A stretch of 64,000 nt of DNA from Alphaproteobacteria bacterium (GTDB lineage Bacteria; Pseudomonadota; Alphaproteobacteria; UBA6615): contig CBDHEC010000046.1 in assembly GCA_965261975.1 (NCBI GenBank), positions 1 to 64,000 of the forward strand, read 5' to 3'. Below, one piece after another: positions 30,078-39,660 of the stretch; position 1 is the stretch's first letter, and each line of letters starts with the position of its first letter. A model generated the notes under the pieces. The model was not told where the DNA came from and ran no database searches. It worked only from the letters and a program-made list of their open reading frames with translations. Made by a program: the position numbers and the translations under genes.

Positions 30078-30424
30078 TTGCGGAGCTTGAAGGTGAAGAC
30101 CTTGTCGTCGACAGCCTCGAAGGATTCGAGGATGTCGGGCACCAGGTTATAGTCGTCGTCATAGCCGACCAGCCGGGCGTAGCCGTAGACGGTCATCAGC
30201 CGGGTGTCGCGCGCGCGGGCCATGGCGATGCGCAGGTCGCCGCCATACTGGCCGCCCTCGATGTCGATGACCCGCGGCGGCTGGGGCAGGCGATCCGTGA
30301 CCGGCGGCAGTTTCCCGTCCGCAACTTCCTTGGCCAACATCGGCGACTGGCCGAAGTCGGCGATGGCAGGCGGCGACAGCAGAGCCAGTGCGGCGATAAC
30401 GGGGACAATGATCTTCAGGCGCAT
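30073..30424 (-). pseudogene. N-terminal remnant of a family-5 ABC substrate-binding protein
   Basis: Signal peptide, SPMLA..V..GKLPPV.DRLP..P, G.YGG.LR, PDILES, FTFKLRKG, then breaks where H.WSDG is expected. Confidence 0.75.
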
Positions 30425-32313
30425 CACGCGACCTCCGGCAGGGCGCCGCGCGCGGGATCGGCGCGGACGTAATGTCCGTCCTCCAGCTCGACGAGCCGGG
30501 GCTGGGACTGGTTGTCGATGGTGAAGGGGGCGGGCCACAGCGCGGGTTCCGAGGCGCGATCCTCCATCAGGTCGGTGAGGTTGAGTCGGTTCTCGAGGCT
30601 CGGCTCGGGCACAGCGGAAAGCAATGCCTGGGTGTAGGGATGTGCCGGGTTGCGGAACAGGGTCTTGGCCGGGGCCATCTCCACGAGGCGGCCGGCGCAC
30701 ATCACCGCGATCCGGTCGGCGATGTAATCGACGACGGCGAGGTTATGGCTGATGAACAGGTAGGTCAGCCCGAGGGCCGACTGGAGATCCTTCAGCAGGT
30801 TCAGGATCTGGGCCTGGATCGACACATCCAGCGCGCTGACCGGCTCGTCGCAGATCAGCAGGTCGGGCTTGAGCGCCAGCGCGCGCGCGATGCCGATGCG
30901 CTGGCGCTGGCCGCCGGAGAAGCTGTGGGGATAGCGGTTGAGAAACCTCGGATCGAGGCCGACCAGGCGCATCAGTTCGCGCACCGTGTCCGCCCGGGTC
31001 TCGGCGGTGCCGATCTCGTGGATCACCAAGGGCTCGGCGATGATTTCGAACACCGTCATGCGGGGGTTCAGGGAACCGAAGGGATCCTGGAAGATGAACT
31101 GAACCCGGCGGCGGAAATCCTTGAGCTCGCGGCCCTTGAGCGCCAGTACGTCGACCGGCTGTCCGCCGTCATGGAAGGTGATGGTGCCGGTGTCGGTGGC
31201 GAGCGCGCGCATGATCATCTTCGAGGTGGTGGTCTTGCCGCAACCGGACTCGCCCACCAGGCCGAGGCATTCGCCGCGCGCGATCTCGAAGCTGACATCG
31301 TCCACCGCGAGGACCGAGCGCGCCTCCTGGGAGCCGAAATAGCTGCCCTTGCGGATCAGGAAGCTCTTGGAAATACCCTCGACGGTTAGCAGCGGCGTGC
31401 CGGCCGCCGCCTGGGGCGCGCGGTCGGCATTGGGTTTGATCAGCTCGCCGGATTCCGCCTTGATCTCGCGCAGCGGCACGAGGCGTTCGCCCTCGGCCAG
31501 GCCGAAGCGCGGCACGGCGTTGAGCAGCGCCTTGAGATAGGGGTGGCCGGGATCGCGGTAGATATCCTCGACCGTGCCGCTCTCCATCACCTTGCCGCGG
31601 AACATCACCACGACTTCCTCGGCAACGTTCGCAACCACGCCGAGATCATGGGTGATCATCAGCACCGCCATGTCGAGCTCCGACTGCAGGTCCTTGATCA
31701 GCTTGAGGATCTGCGCCTGGATCGTGACGTCCAGCGCGGTCGTCGGCTCGTCGGCGATGAGCAGTGCGGGCCGGCAGACCAGCGCCATCGCAATCATGGC
31801 GCGCTGGCGCAGCCCGCCGGACAGCTCGAACGGATAGGTCTTCAAGGCGCGGGTCGGGTCGGGGAAGCCAACAAGACGCAGCATATCGGCGGCCAGCTCG
31901 TTGCCGGTCTGCTTATCGACGTCGCGGTGCAGGTGCAGCGCCTCGGTGATCTGGTCGCCGACCGTGTGCAGGGGCGAGAGCGAGGTCATCGGTTCCTGGA
32001 AGATCATCGAAATCCGACCGCCGCGGATCGCGCGCATCGGCTTGCCGTCGCGCTCCAGCTTCGCCAGGTCGACCGGCGTGCCGTCGCCGCGCGGATCGGT
32101 GAACAATATTTCCCCGCCCGCGATGCTCCCGATGTTGGGCAGGATTCCCATGATGGCCTGGCTGCAGACCGACTTGCCGGAACCGGATTCGCCGACCAGT
32201 GCCGTGGTGCCGCCCTGGCGGACCCTGAAGGACACGCCGTCCACGGCGCGCAGCTGGTCGCCATGAACGGTGAAGTCGACCTTGAGGTCGCGAACATTGA
32301 GGAGGTCGGTCAT
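30424..32313 (-). CDS. Peptide/nickel ABC transporter ATP-binding protein with fused DppD-DppF domains
   Basis: Two cassettes: [21 protein letters not shown] and [21 protein letters not shown]; HPY motifs. Confidence 0.93.
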   Translation of the reverse strand: MTDLLNVRDLKVDFTVHGDQLRAVDGVSFRVRQGGTTALVGESGSGKSVCSQAIMGILPNIGSIAGGEILFTDPRGDGTPVDLAKLERDGKPMRAIRGGRISMIFQEPMTSLSPLHTVGDQITEALHLHRDVDKQTGNELAADMLRLVGFPDPTRALKTYPFELSGGLRQRAMIAMALVCRPALLIADEPTTALDVTIQAQILKLIKDLQSELDMAVLMITHDLGVVANVAEEVVVMFRGKVMESGTVEDIYRDPGHPYLKALLNAVPRFGLAEGERLVPLREIKAESGELIKPNADRAPQAAAGTPLLTVEGISKSFLIRKGSYFGSQEARSVLAVDDVSFEIARGECLGLVGESGCGKTTTSKMIMRALATDTGTITFHDGGQPVDVLALKGRELKDFRRRVQFIFQDPFGSLNPRMTVFEIIAEPLVIHEIGTAETRADTVRELMRLVGLDPRFLNRYPHSFSGGQRQRIGIARALALKPDLLICDEPVSALDVSIQAQILNLLKDLQSALGLTYLFISHNLAVVDYIADRIAVMCAGRLVEMAPAKTLFRNPAHPYTQALLSAVPEPSLENRLNLTDLMEDRASEPALWPAPFTIDNQSQPRLVELEDGHYVRADPARGALPEVA

Positions 32314-32846
32314 CGTCGCCAATCCGCCGGGTTGCCCCAGCCGGTGAGGGCCGCGGGTGTGGGCTCATGGTCCGGTGCAATCGCGCCCAGGCCGAGGGCC
32401 GCGAAGTTGCGCGCGCTGGCATCGGTGAGCTCGATGTCTTGATCGCGCACGGCTTCGAAGGCGGCGCGGCACACGGTGTCGAAATCCTCCAGCGCGGAGT
32501 TGAGCGCGATGGTGCGTTGGCGCCCCTGGAGCTTGAGCTGCATCCAGCCATTCTCGCGATCGCGACGGGTCGAGAAATACGAAAGCTTCGCGCCGGTGAG
32601 ATCTTGCCAGGGGATGGTCGTGGCCGGGGTCGAGATTGCGTCTGCGTCGACGCGGACCGTGATCGCCCGGTTGCGCCATGTGCGGAGCCCGAAGATCGCG
32701 AACAGCGCGGCCGGAACGGCGAAGACCAGGGTGACGACAACACCGAAATCGACCGTGGCCAATGGCACGAGGCAGCAGATCAGCCCGATGGCGGCACGCA
32801 GCAAATCCGCGTTCAGGGCGCGGGGCGAGTAGCGGTGGGTGGTCAT
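32310..32846 (-). CDS. Hypothetical membrane protein (2 TM segments plus soluble domain)
   Basis: ATGA overlaps with both neighbours; YFSTRRDRENGWMQLKL segment. Confidence 0.75.
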   Translation of the reverse strand: MTTHRYSPRALNADLLRAAIGLICCLVPLATVDFGVVVTLVFAVPAALFAIFGLRTWRNRAITVRVDADAISTPATTIPWQDLTGAKLSYFSTRRDRENGWMQLKLQGRQRTIALNSALEDFDTVCRAAFEAVRDQDIELTDASARNFAALGLGAIAPDHEPTPAALTGWGNPADWRR

Positions 32847-33637
32847 GAGATCGAGAATACCTCGCTGGCGGATTGCCAGACTACCGCAGGGTGGGCCCTT
32901 GTGCGGTTCACAAATTCGGTGACGAAATCGAACATCGGGTCGTCCATGTCGGCGTGATGAGTCATCAAGCCGGTCGCCTCCAGCGCATCTTCGCCGGTCC
33001 GTCGTGCGGTCAGGTGGTCGAGAATGTCGCCGATGATATTATCCGCCCCCAAAAATCCGCGCGCCACGCCCGTGCGCTTGCCGCGCCAGTCGATCACATC
33101 CGCATGGACGTTGTTTAGACGCATGCCGCCGGTAAAGGTTACACGCGAGCGTGCCCCGAATGTGCTCAGCCCCTGAATGCCGAGTTCCGGCAAGAAGGGA
33201 ACAAGGTGGGGGGCGATTCTATTCCATGGCGGGACGAGAACGGGCAGGCGGCGGGTGAATTTCTCCATCGCCTGTCCGCCCATCGCCAGGTCCGCGACCA
33301 CATATTCGGCCGGCCGGCTGTCGTCGAGCTCGATCTTGCGGCCCTCGCCCGCGTTGAAGTCCTTGTGGGAGTAGCCGTGCTGCAGGACGGATACGGCCGC
33401 CTCGTCGGCCAGCCGGTCGCGCAGGGCATTGGTGGCGGTGGCGGGAATGACCGCCAGCGCGAGGGGCACGTCGGTCGCGGCACGCAGCGCCAGCAGCCGG
33501 TCGAGCGCCGGGCTTTGGTCCGCCGCGTCGTCGTCGCGCCACCAGAGCGTCGCGGTCAGGCCGGCGTCGGCCCAGGCGTCGAGTTCGCCCATCAGGGCGC
33601 CCCACGCCGAGTCCGGAACGTCAGGTCTGGTAGGCAT
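32843..33637 (-). CDS. Polysaccharide deacetylase (CE4/NodB-like) protein
   Basis: ELDAW..WWRDDDA, PLALAVIP, VLQHGYSH, VLVPPWNRI, GLMTHH; start at 33637 or 33649. Confidence 0.82.
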   Translation of the reverse strand: MPTRPDVPDSAWGALMGELDAWADAGLTATLWWRDDDAADQSPALDRLLALRAATDVPLALAVIPATATNALRDRLADEAAVSVLQHGYSHKDFNAGEGRKIELDDSRPAEYVVADLAMGGQAMEKFTRRLPVLVPPWNRIAPHLVPFLPELGIQGLSTFGARSRVTFTGGMRLNNVHADVIDWRGKRTGVARGFLGADNIIGDILDHLTARRTGEDALEATGLMTHHADMDDPMFDFVTEFVNRTRAHPAVVWQSASEVFSIS

Positions 33638-33775
33638 CGCCAAGGCCATGGATTTCAAACACTCCCTGCACGTCCGGACCCCCCAATCCGGACTGTCTCC
33701 CAAGGGCCAGACTAGACGGTTCGGGAGCGCGGAGTAACCCGGATTTCGGGGATTTTCTGCGTCAATTCCGGCCGA

Positions 33776-34261
33776 TCAGGCCATCCGGTGACGATTCAGT
33801 GCCGATTTCATGATTTCCGCACTGTTCTGCGCGCCGCCAAGGTCGAGACCGGAGGCCGGGGCGCGGGTCTCGCCAACGGCGCGGTCGGCCGCTGCCGCGA
33901 TGGCTTTCGGGTTTACGGCGTCGGGCTCGATGATTTCGAGCGCCCCCCGGTCGGCCAGCAGGCGGCAGCGCAGGGTCTGCTCACTTTCCAGCCCGCCGGC
34001 ATAGGGGATGCACACGGCCGGGGTGCGGGCGGCCAGAACTTCCATCACCGTGTTGTAGCCGCCCGGTGCCAGCAGGAACAACCCGCCGAAGATCAGCACG
34101 ATGGCGATCTGCACGAGCGAGATAATCTGTTCGGAACGATCCTGCTGGCGCGCCACATCCTCGCGCACCCGCGGCGGCAACACCGGCGCGGTACCCCCAC
34201 GCAATGCGGTGAGCATGCGGGAGATCGGGTTGCGGGATGCCTCTTCGGTCGGTGTCGTCAT
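33776..34261 (-). pseudogene. In-frame chimera: membrane-protein (cyclase-like) N-terminus fused to a glycosyltransferase C-terminus
   Basis: LPPRVREDVARQQDRSEQIISLVQIAIVLIFGGLFLLAP joined directly to GGYNTVMEVL..PAV..PY..G.E.EQTLR..LA..G (GT28/MurG-like C-domain). Confidence 0.6.
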
Positions 34262-34346
34262 GACGGGTATATGGGGCGGGCGTCGGTGGTTTCCCATAAA
34301 CGTCCCGTGATCGGCGAGCTGGCCCGGGATACGGCCCACACCCGCG

Positions 34347-35243
34347 CTAGAATTTCAGCGTCAGGCCTTCACGTGCGACCACGGTATTCTCGAACCGGTC
34401 TTTCGCCTCTTTCTCGATCTGCGCCATCGCGGCGTCGTCATGGGACGGGTCATGATGGAAGGGCACATAGGTGCCCACCTTTGCGATCTCGGCCAGGGCC
34501 GCGCCCTCCTGCCAGGTCGAGTGGCCCCAGCCCTCATGGGCCGGGTATTCGTCCTCGGTGTAGGTGGTGTCGTAGATGAACAGGTCGGCCCCGTCGATCA
34601 ACGTCAGGATCGCCTCGTCATGGGTGCCGGCCACATGCTCGGTGTCGGTCACGTAGCAGACGGCCTTGCCGTCGCGCTCGATCCGGTAACCGGTGGCGCC
34701 GCCCGGATGGTTCAGGAGCGCGGTCGTCACGCTGGCGCCGCAGGACAATTCGAAACTCTCGCCCGCCTTGAAGTCCTCGACGGATTTGGCCGCCACCAGA
34801 ACATCCATGGGGATGGGAAACAGCGGGTCAGCCATCATCATGTGCAGCACCTCGGAGAGATTGCGGTCGTCGGGCAGGTGCCCCGCCCACAGGCGCAGAT
34901 TCGAGTCCGGGCAGTAGGCCGGCGCGAAGAAGGGCAGGCCGACCAGATGATCGAGATGGGTGTGGCTCAACAGGATGTCGGCATCGACCCCGGTGTCCGA
35001 CGCGACCAGGGCGTTGCCCAGCGGCCGGATGCCCGTGCCGGCATCGAGGATGATGTGGCCGGGCTTGCCGCCGGGTCCGCTCCCGCAGGTGATTTCCACG
35101 CAGGAGGTGTTGCCGCCGAACGCCGTCGTCTCCGGGCCCGGACACGCGATCGACCCGCGCACGCCCCAGAAGGTGACCTCGACCTTGCCCCCCGCGTCAG
35201 CCACGTCAGGCACCCACAACGCCGGCCTTGCGGCGCGGCACAT
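34347..35243 (-). CDS. MBL-fold metallo-hydrolase (RNase Z/phosphodiesterase-like)
   Basis: FWGVRGSI, GGNTSCV, DAGTG, SHTHLDH, HPGG, TDTEH, GWGHST, FHHDP; true start probably near GTG 35204. Confidence 0.9.
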   Translation of the reverse strand: MCRAARPALWVPDVADAGGKVEVTFWGVRGSIACPGPETTAFGGNTSCVEITCGSGPGGKPGHIILDAGTGIRPLGNALVASDTGVDADILLSHTHLDHLVGLPFFAPAYCPDSNLRLWAGHLPDDRNLSEVLHMMMADPLFPIPMDVLVAAKSVEDFKAGESFELSCGASVTTALLNHPGGATGYRIERDGKAVCYVTDTEHVAGTHDEAILTLIDGADLFIYDTTYTEDEYPAHEGWGHSTWQEGAALAEIAKVGTYVPFHHDPSHDDAAMAQIEKEAKDRFENTVVAREGLTLKF

Positions 35244-35444
35244 ATGTCAAACTAGAATACATCGAACCGGATAGTGCCCCATTTCAGACCGGTCCGGTAA
35301 TGGCGGAGTGATATAGCGAAGAGCTATTTTCCGCCGCCAACATGCGTCTGCGAACATTGAGTATTCCGGGAACAACCCGGCGCACCACCATCGGCGCAAG
35401 ATCAGCGTGCGGGCCGACGAGACCCGCACACTGTCGTTACGCGC

Positions 35445-37127
35445 TCAGGATTCCGACGGCTGGGCCGATGATGGCTCCACATGGGTCGTCGGCTGGCCGA
35501 TCTTCTGGCGCTGGCCGTCGCGGTAAATCGCCGTCAGCAGCGAGATCCCCATCAGCACCATGACGAGGCTAAACGGCAGCGCGCCGATCACCATCGCGGT
35601 CTGGATGGCGCCCAGTCCGCCGGCAATGATCAAACCGCCGACCACCAGCGCCAGCGCGCCACCCCAGAATAGGATATGCGGGCGGGCCTTGGGGCCCTCG
35701 TCGCCGGCGGCGTTGATGGTGTTGATGATCAGGACCGCGCTGTCGGCCGACGTCACCAGATAGGTCAGCAACAGGATGACGATGATGATCGACATCAGAT
35801 AGGCCAGGGTGTCGCTCAGGATCACCGCCAGCATCGCGAACAGCTGGTCGGCCTGTCCGGCATCGGCGATGGCGCCGTTGGCGACCCCGGAAAGCTCCAG
35901 GTCGATGGCGGTGCCGCCGACCAGCGCGAACCAGATGAAGCACATCGCCGCCGGGATGATCAGCGCCCCCAGGACGTACTCACGAATGGTCCGCCCCTTG
36001 GAGATGCGGGCGAGGAATACGCCCACGAACGGGGCAAACGCGATCCACCAGGCCCAGTAGAAGATGGTCCAACCACCCTGCCAGCCCGCCAGCGCGTCGC
36101 CGGTCTCCGTGCCGTCCTCGGCCCAGACCGTCAGCAGATTGCCGGGGATCGAGGCCAGGTAGTCCCAGATCCCGACGAAGAAGGCCGTCAGACCGAAGAA
36201 GGTGGAGCCGAACAGGAGGAAGAAGATCAGAACGAAGAAACTCAGTCCCATGTTGATGTTCGACAGCCATTTGATGCCCTTGCCCACACCCGAAAGCGCG
36301 GACAGGGTCGACGCGCCCATGATCACGATCAGCGCCATGATGATTCCGGCCGTCGAGGAAGATCGGGTGCCGTCCGCCGCGATGTCATAGAGCCAGTCGC
36401 CCACGCCGATCCGCGACAGGCCCGAGATGAACTGCTCCACACCGAAACCAAGCGTCTGGGACACACCCAACACGGTCGCGACCACTGCAACCACGTCGAC
36501 CAAATGCCCGACGGGGCCGGAAAGGGATTTGCCGAACAGCGGCGTCAGCGCCGAGCGGATCGTCAACGGGAGCCCGCGCCGATAGCAGAAATAGGCGAGC
36601 GCCAAGCCGACGATGGCATAGGAGGCCCAGGCCGCGAGCCCCCAATGGGTGAAGGACCAGACATAGGCTTCACGCACGTTGCCGGCCGTGCTGCCCTCGG
36701 TCACCCCCATGATCGTGCTGGGGTTGGACGCGAAGTGATACATGGGTTCGGCCGTCGCGAAGGTCAGCATGCCGATGCCAATGCCCGCGCCGAACATCAT
36801 CGAGAACCAGGAAAAGTTCGAGAATTCCGGTCGGTCGTCCTCATGGCCCAGGCGCAGCCGGCCGGCCGTCGGCCAGAGCGCCAGCGCGAAGCAGAGGATG
36901 ACGAAGAACGCCATCGCATAGACGTACCAGTAGTTGAAAGAAGCCAGGATGATGCTGTTCAGATCGCCCAGGACGGCGGCGGCCTGGGCGGGAAAGGCAA
37001 TCGCCCACAGGATCAGGGCGCCGACCAGGATTTTGCCGGTGATGGTGACGTCCTTGGTGAAGCCCCGGTAGAATCCCGACGCCGAAATCGGAATGGGCAG
37101 ATCAGTAACTGGCTCTTTGAATGACAT
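35445..37127 (-). CDS. BCCT family (betaine/choline/carnitine) transporter
   Basis: SWFSMMFGAGIGIG, HWGLAAW, WTIFYWAWW, FLARISKGRTIRE, LVTSADS. Confidence 0.95.
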   Translation of the reverse strand: MSFKEPVTDLPIPISASGFYRGFTKDVTITGKILVGALILWAIAFPAQAAAVLGDLNSIILASFNYWYVYAMAFFVILCFALALWPTAGRLRLGHEDDRPEFSNFSWFSMMFGAGIGIGMLTFATAEPMYHFASNPSTIMGVTEGSTAGNVREAYVWSFTHWGLAAWASYAIVGLALAYFCYRRGLPLTIRSALTPLFGKSLSGPVGHLVDVVAVVATVLGVSQTLGFGVEQFISGLSRIGVGDWLYDIAADGTRSSSTAGIIMALIVIMGASTLSALSGVGKGIKWLSNINMGLSFFVLIFFLLFGSTFFGLTAFFVGIWDYLASIPGNLLTVWAEDGTETGDALAGWQGGWTIFYWAWWIAFAPFVGVFLARISKGRTIREYVLGALIIPAAMCFIWFALVGGTAIDLELSGVANGAIADAGQADQLFAMLAVILSDTLAYLMSIIIVILLLTYLVTSADSAVLIINTINAAGDEGPKARPHILFWGGALALVVGGLIIAGGLGAIQTAMVIGALPFSLVMVLMGISLLTAIYRDGQRQKIGQPTTHVEPSSAQPSES

Positions 37128-37237
37128 CGTGCTCGCTCTTTGTAATTACGTACGAGTGTATGATCATATAGATTCGCCACCAGATAACAAATATGTCCGG
37201 AATACTTTGTGATTAACTATCGGCAAAGAAAATTTTA

Positions 37238-37285
37238 TTCATTGAATACTTGTTGTTTTCGTTTTTACATATATTTCATTGAATA
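37238..37285. repeat. Direct repeat TTCATTGAATA x2 (candidate operator)
   Basis: Exact 11-mers at 37238 and 37275, each with a TTCA-T-TGAA dyad, in an AT-rich spacer. Confidence 0.5.
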
Positions 37286-37390
37286 TCTGCGATTCCTCTT
37301 TCCGCGCTTCACACGAACACTGTAAACCCGGCACCATGGGGCAAGCCGCCCGAACACGAATGACCGGCAGTATCTGAGGGCCCTTGAAGC

Positions 37391-38638
37391 ATGTCCAACC
37401 CCGCCACGCAGACCTCGCAGACGAACTGGACCGGCGTGTCCTATGGCATCGTGCTCGGCTTCGTCGCCGCCTACTTCCAGTTCAAGGTCCCGCCGGTCCT
37501 GCCGGTGATGTTCGACCTCTACGCCTACAACACCATCGTCGCGGGCGGGTTCATGTCGATCTTCGCCATCGCCGGCATGCTGATCAGCGTGCGCGTCGGC
37601 CGGGCGATCCGGCGCGACGGCGCCCAGCGCTACCTGATGGCCGCCTTCGGGCTGATGCTGGCGGGCACCGCGCTTGGCCTGGCGTTTCCGGAATCGGGCA
37701 CGGTGATGCTCACCTCCCGCCTGATCGAGGGGTTCGGGGCCGCGGTGCTCGCCGTGTGCATGCCGGCGTTTGCCAACATGAGCGCGGGGCCGGGGCACCT
37801 GCCCATCGTGATCGCCGCCCAGGCCACCTGGATTCCCGTCGGCCAGCTGGTCGCCAACATCGTCGCCCAGCCCTCGGTCGCGGTGAATTTCTGGCAGCCG
37901 GTCTGGTGGTTCGGCGCGGCGGCCACCCTCGCGGTGGCGCTGTGGACCCTGTGGATCGTCAGGCGCGGGAGCGTGCCGGGTGTGGCGCATATCCGTGCGG
38001 CAGCGGCAGGCGAAGATGGTGCAGCAGCGGCCAAGGACGCGGTGGCGCTCACAGCGAAAGAGATACGCGCGCTGTGGGTCGCCGCCGTCCTGTTCTTCCT
38101 GTGGCAGGCCCAGTTCATGGGCTATTTCACCTGGCTGCCGGTCTACCTGGTGGACGTCCGCGCCTTCAGTGCCGACGGCGCGGTGCTGATCAACCAGATC
38201 CCGGTGGTCGTGCTGCTGATCTTCTCGCTGCTCGGCGGGATGATCTTGAAGATCGGCGTCGGCGTGGTCCGGCTGCTCACCTTCGCCCTGGCGCTCCAGG
38301 CCGTGGGCTGGGCGATGATCCCGTTCGCGGGCAACGGCGTCATCGGGCTGGCCAGCCTTGTGGTCTGGGGCATCGCCGCGGGGCTGACGCCGACGTCACT
38401 ATGGGCATTGCCGTCGACCCTCGTCGGCGGCCACCGCGCGGGTACCGACGCCTTCGCGGTGGTCCTGACCGGGCGTTATCTCGGCATCCTCGCCGGGCCG
38501 CTCATCGCGGCGGGCATGTTCGAGCTGACCGGCGACTGGATCACCGTCGCCTACACCTTCGTGGTCATCGCGGGGCTGACCATCGTCGGCACGCTTTATC
38601 TGGGAACGCGCATCCGCGAGCTCAGGGCCGACGCCTAG
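37391..38638 (+). CDS. MFS transporter (CynX/NimT-like)
   Basis: About 12 hydrophobic helices; QFKVPPVLP, SRLIEGFG. Confidence 0.85.
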   Translation: MSNPATQTSQTNWTGVSYGIVLGFVAAYFQFKVPPVLPVMFDLYAYNTIVAGGFMSIFAIAGMLISVRVGRAIRRDGAQRYLMAAFGLMLAGTALGLAFPESGTVMLTSRLIEGFGAAVLAVCMPAFANMSAGPGHLPIVIAAQATWIPVGQLVANIVAQPSVAVNFWQPVWWFGAAATLAVALWTLWIVRRGSVPGVAHIRAAAAGEDGAAAAKDAVALTAKEIRALWVAAVLFFLWQAQFMGYFTWLPVYLVDVRAFSADGAVLINQIPVVVLLIFSLLGGMILKIGVGVVRLLTFALALQAVGWAMIPFAGNGVIGLASLVVWGIAAGLTPTSLWALPSTLVGGHRAGTDAFAVVLTGRYLGILAGPLIAAGMFELTGDWITVAYTFVVIAGLTIVGTLYLGTRIRELRADA

Positions 38639-38647
38639 GAAACGTTC

Positions 38648-39373
38648 TTACGGAACCAGGCGGTACCCGCCCGGCTCGGTCACGAGAATCCGCGCGTTCG
38701 ACGGGTCGGCCTCGATCTTCTGGCGCAGGCGGTAGACATGGGTCTCCAGCGTGTGGGTCGTGACCCCGGCGTTGTAGCCCCAGACCTCGCCCAGCAGGGT
38801 GTCGCGGCTGACGACCTTGTCGCCGGCGCGATACAGATATTTCAGGATCGCCGTTTCCTTCTCGGTCAGGCGCACCTTTCGTTCGTCGCCGTCGACCAGG
38901 ATCTTCTGGGCCGGCTGGAAGGTGTACGGCCCGATGGAGAAGACCGCGTCCTCGCTCTGCTCGTGCTGGCGCAGCTGCGCGCGCAGGCGGGCCAGCAAGA
39001 CATTCAACCGGAACGGCTTGGCGATATAGTCATTCGCGCCGGCGTCCAGGCCGAGGATCTGGTCGGCGTCGGTGTCGTGGCCCGTCAGCATGATGATCGG
39101 CGACTTCACGCCGTTGCGGCGCAGCAGCCGGCAGACCTCGCGGCCGTCCATGTCGGGCAGGCCGACATCGAGCAGGATCGCATCGAAATACTCGTCCTTC
39201 GTCACCTCGAGCGCGGCCTCGGCGGTCGTCGCCTCCGTGGTCACGAACTCCTCGTGCAGGCGCAGCTGCTCCGACAGGGAATCCCGCAACGCGTCGTCGT
39301 CGTCGATCAGCAGAATCTTCTTGCCGTTCGCGGACTTGGTCTCAATCACATTCGTCATCGCCAAACTCGCCAT
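38648..39373 (-). CDS. cenR: OmpR-family response regulator, CenR/OtpR-like
   Basis: ILLIDDD, LDVGLPDMDG, AGANDYIAKPF, LTEKETAIL, VWGYNAGVTTHTLETHVYRLRQKIE; orphan regulator near ribA. Confidence 0.8.
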   Translation of the reverse strand: MASLAMTNVIETKSANGKKILLIDDDDALRDSLSEQLRLHEEFVTTEATTAEAALEVTKDEYFDAILLDVGLPDMDGREVCRLLRRNGVKSPIIMLTGHDTDADQILGLDAGANDYIAKPFRLNVLLARLRAQLRQHEQSEDAVFSIGPYTFQPAQKILVDGDERKVRLTEKETAILKYLYRAGDKVVSRDTLLGEVWGYNAGVTTHTLETHVYRLRQKIEADPSNARILVTEPGGYRLVP

Positions 39374-39375
39374 GT

Positions 39376-39660
39376 TTATGCGCTCACCTGAACGCCGCGC
39401 CAGAAGGCGACGTGGTCGCGGATGTTTTCCGCAGCCGGTTTCGGATCGGGATAATACCACGCCGCATCGGCGTTGACCTCGCCCTCGATTTCGACGGAGA
39501 GATAACTCGCCACGCCCTTCCAGGGGCAGCCCGTGGTCGTGGTGCTGTCCGTGAAATACTCCCGCTTCAGCGAGTCCATCGGGAAATAGATGTTCCCCTC
39601 GACGGTTTCGTAGCTCTCGCTCTCGGCAAGCACGATGTTGTTCCAGACTGCTTTTGCCAT
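39376..39660 (-). CDS. DUF427 domain protein
   Basis: VEGNIYFP, CPWKG.ASY, AAWYYPDP...AENIRDHVAFW. Confidence 0.92.
   Translation of the reverse strand: MAKAVWNNIVLAESESYETVEGNIYFPMDSLKREYFTDSTTTTGCPWKGVASYLSVEIEGEVNADAAWYYPDPKPAAENIRDHVAFWRGVQVSA

Noticed and set aside
33650-33775. Riboswitch upstream of the deacetylase (GTCCGGA...TCCGGAC hairpin)
   Set aside because: A single hairpin with no recognisable aptamer consensus.
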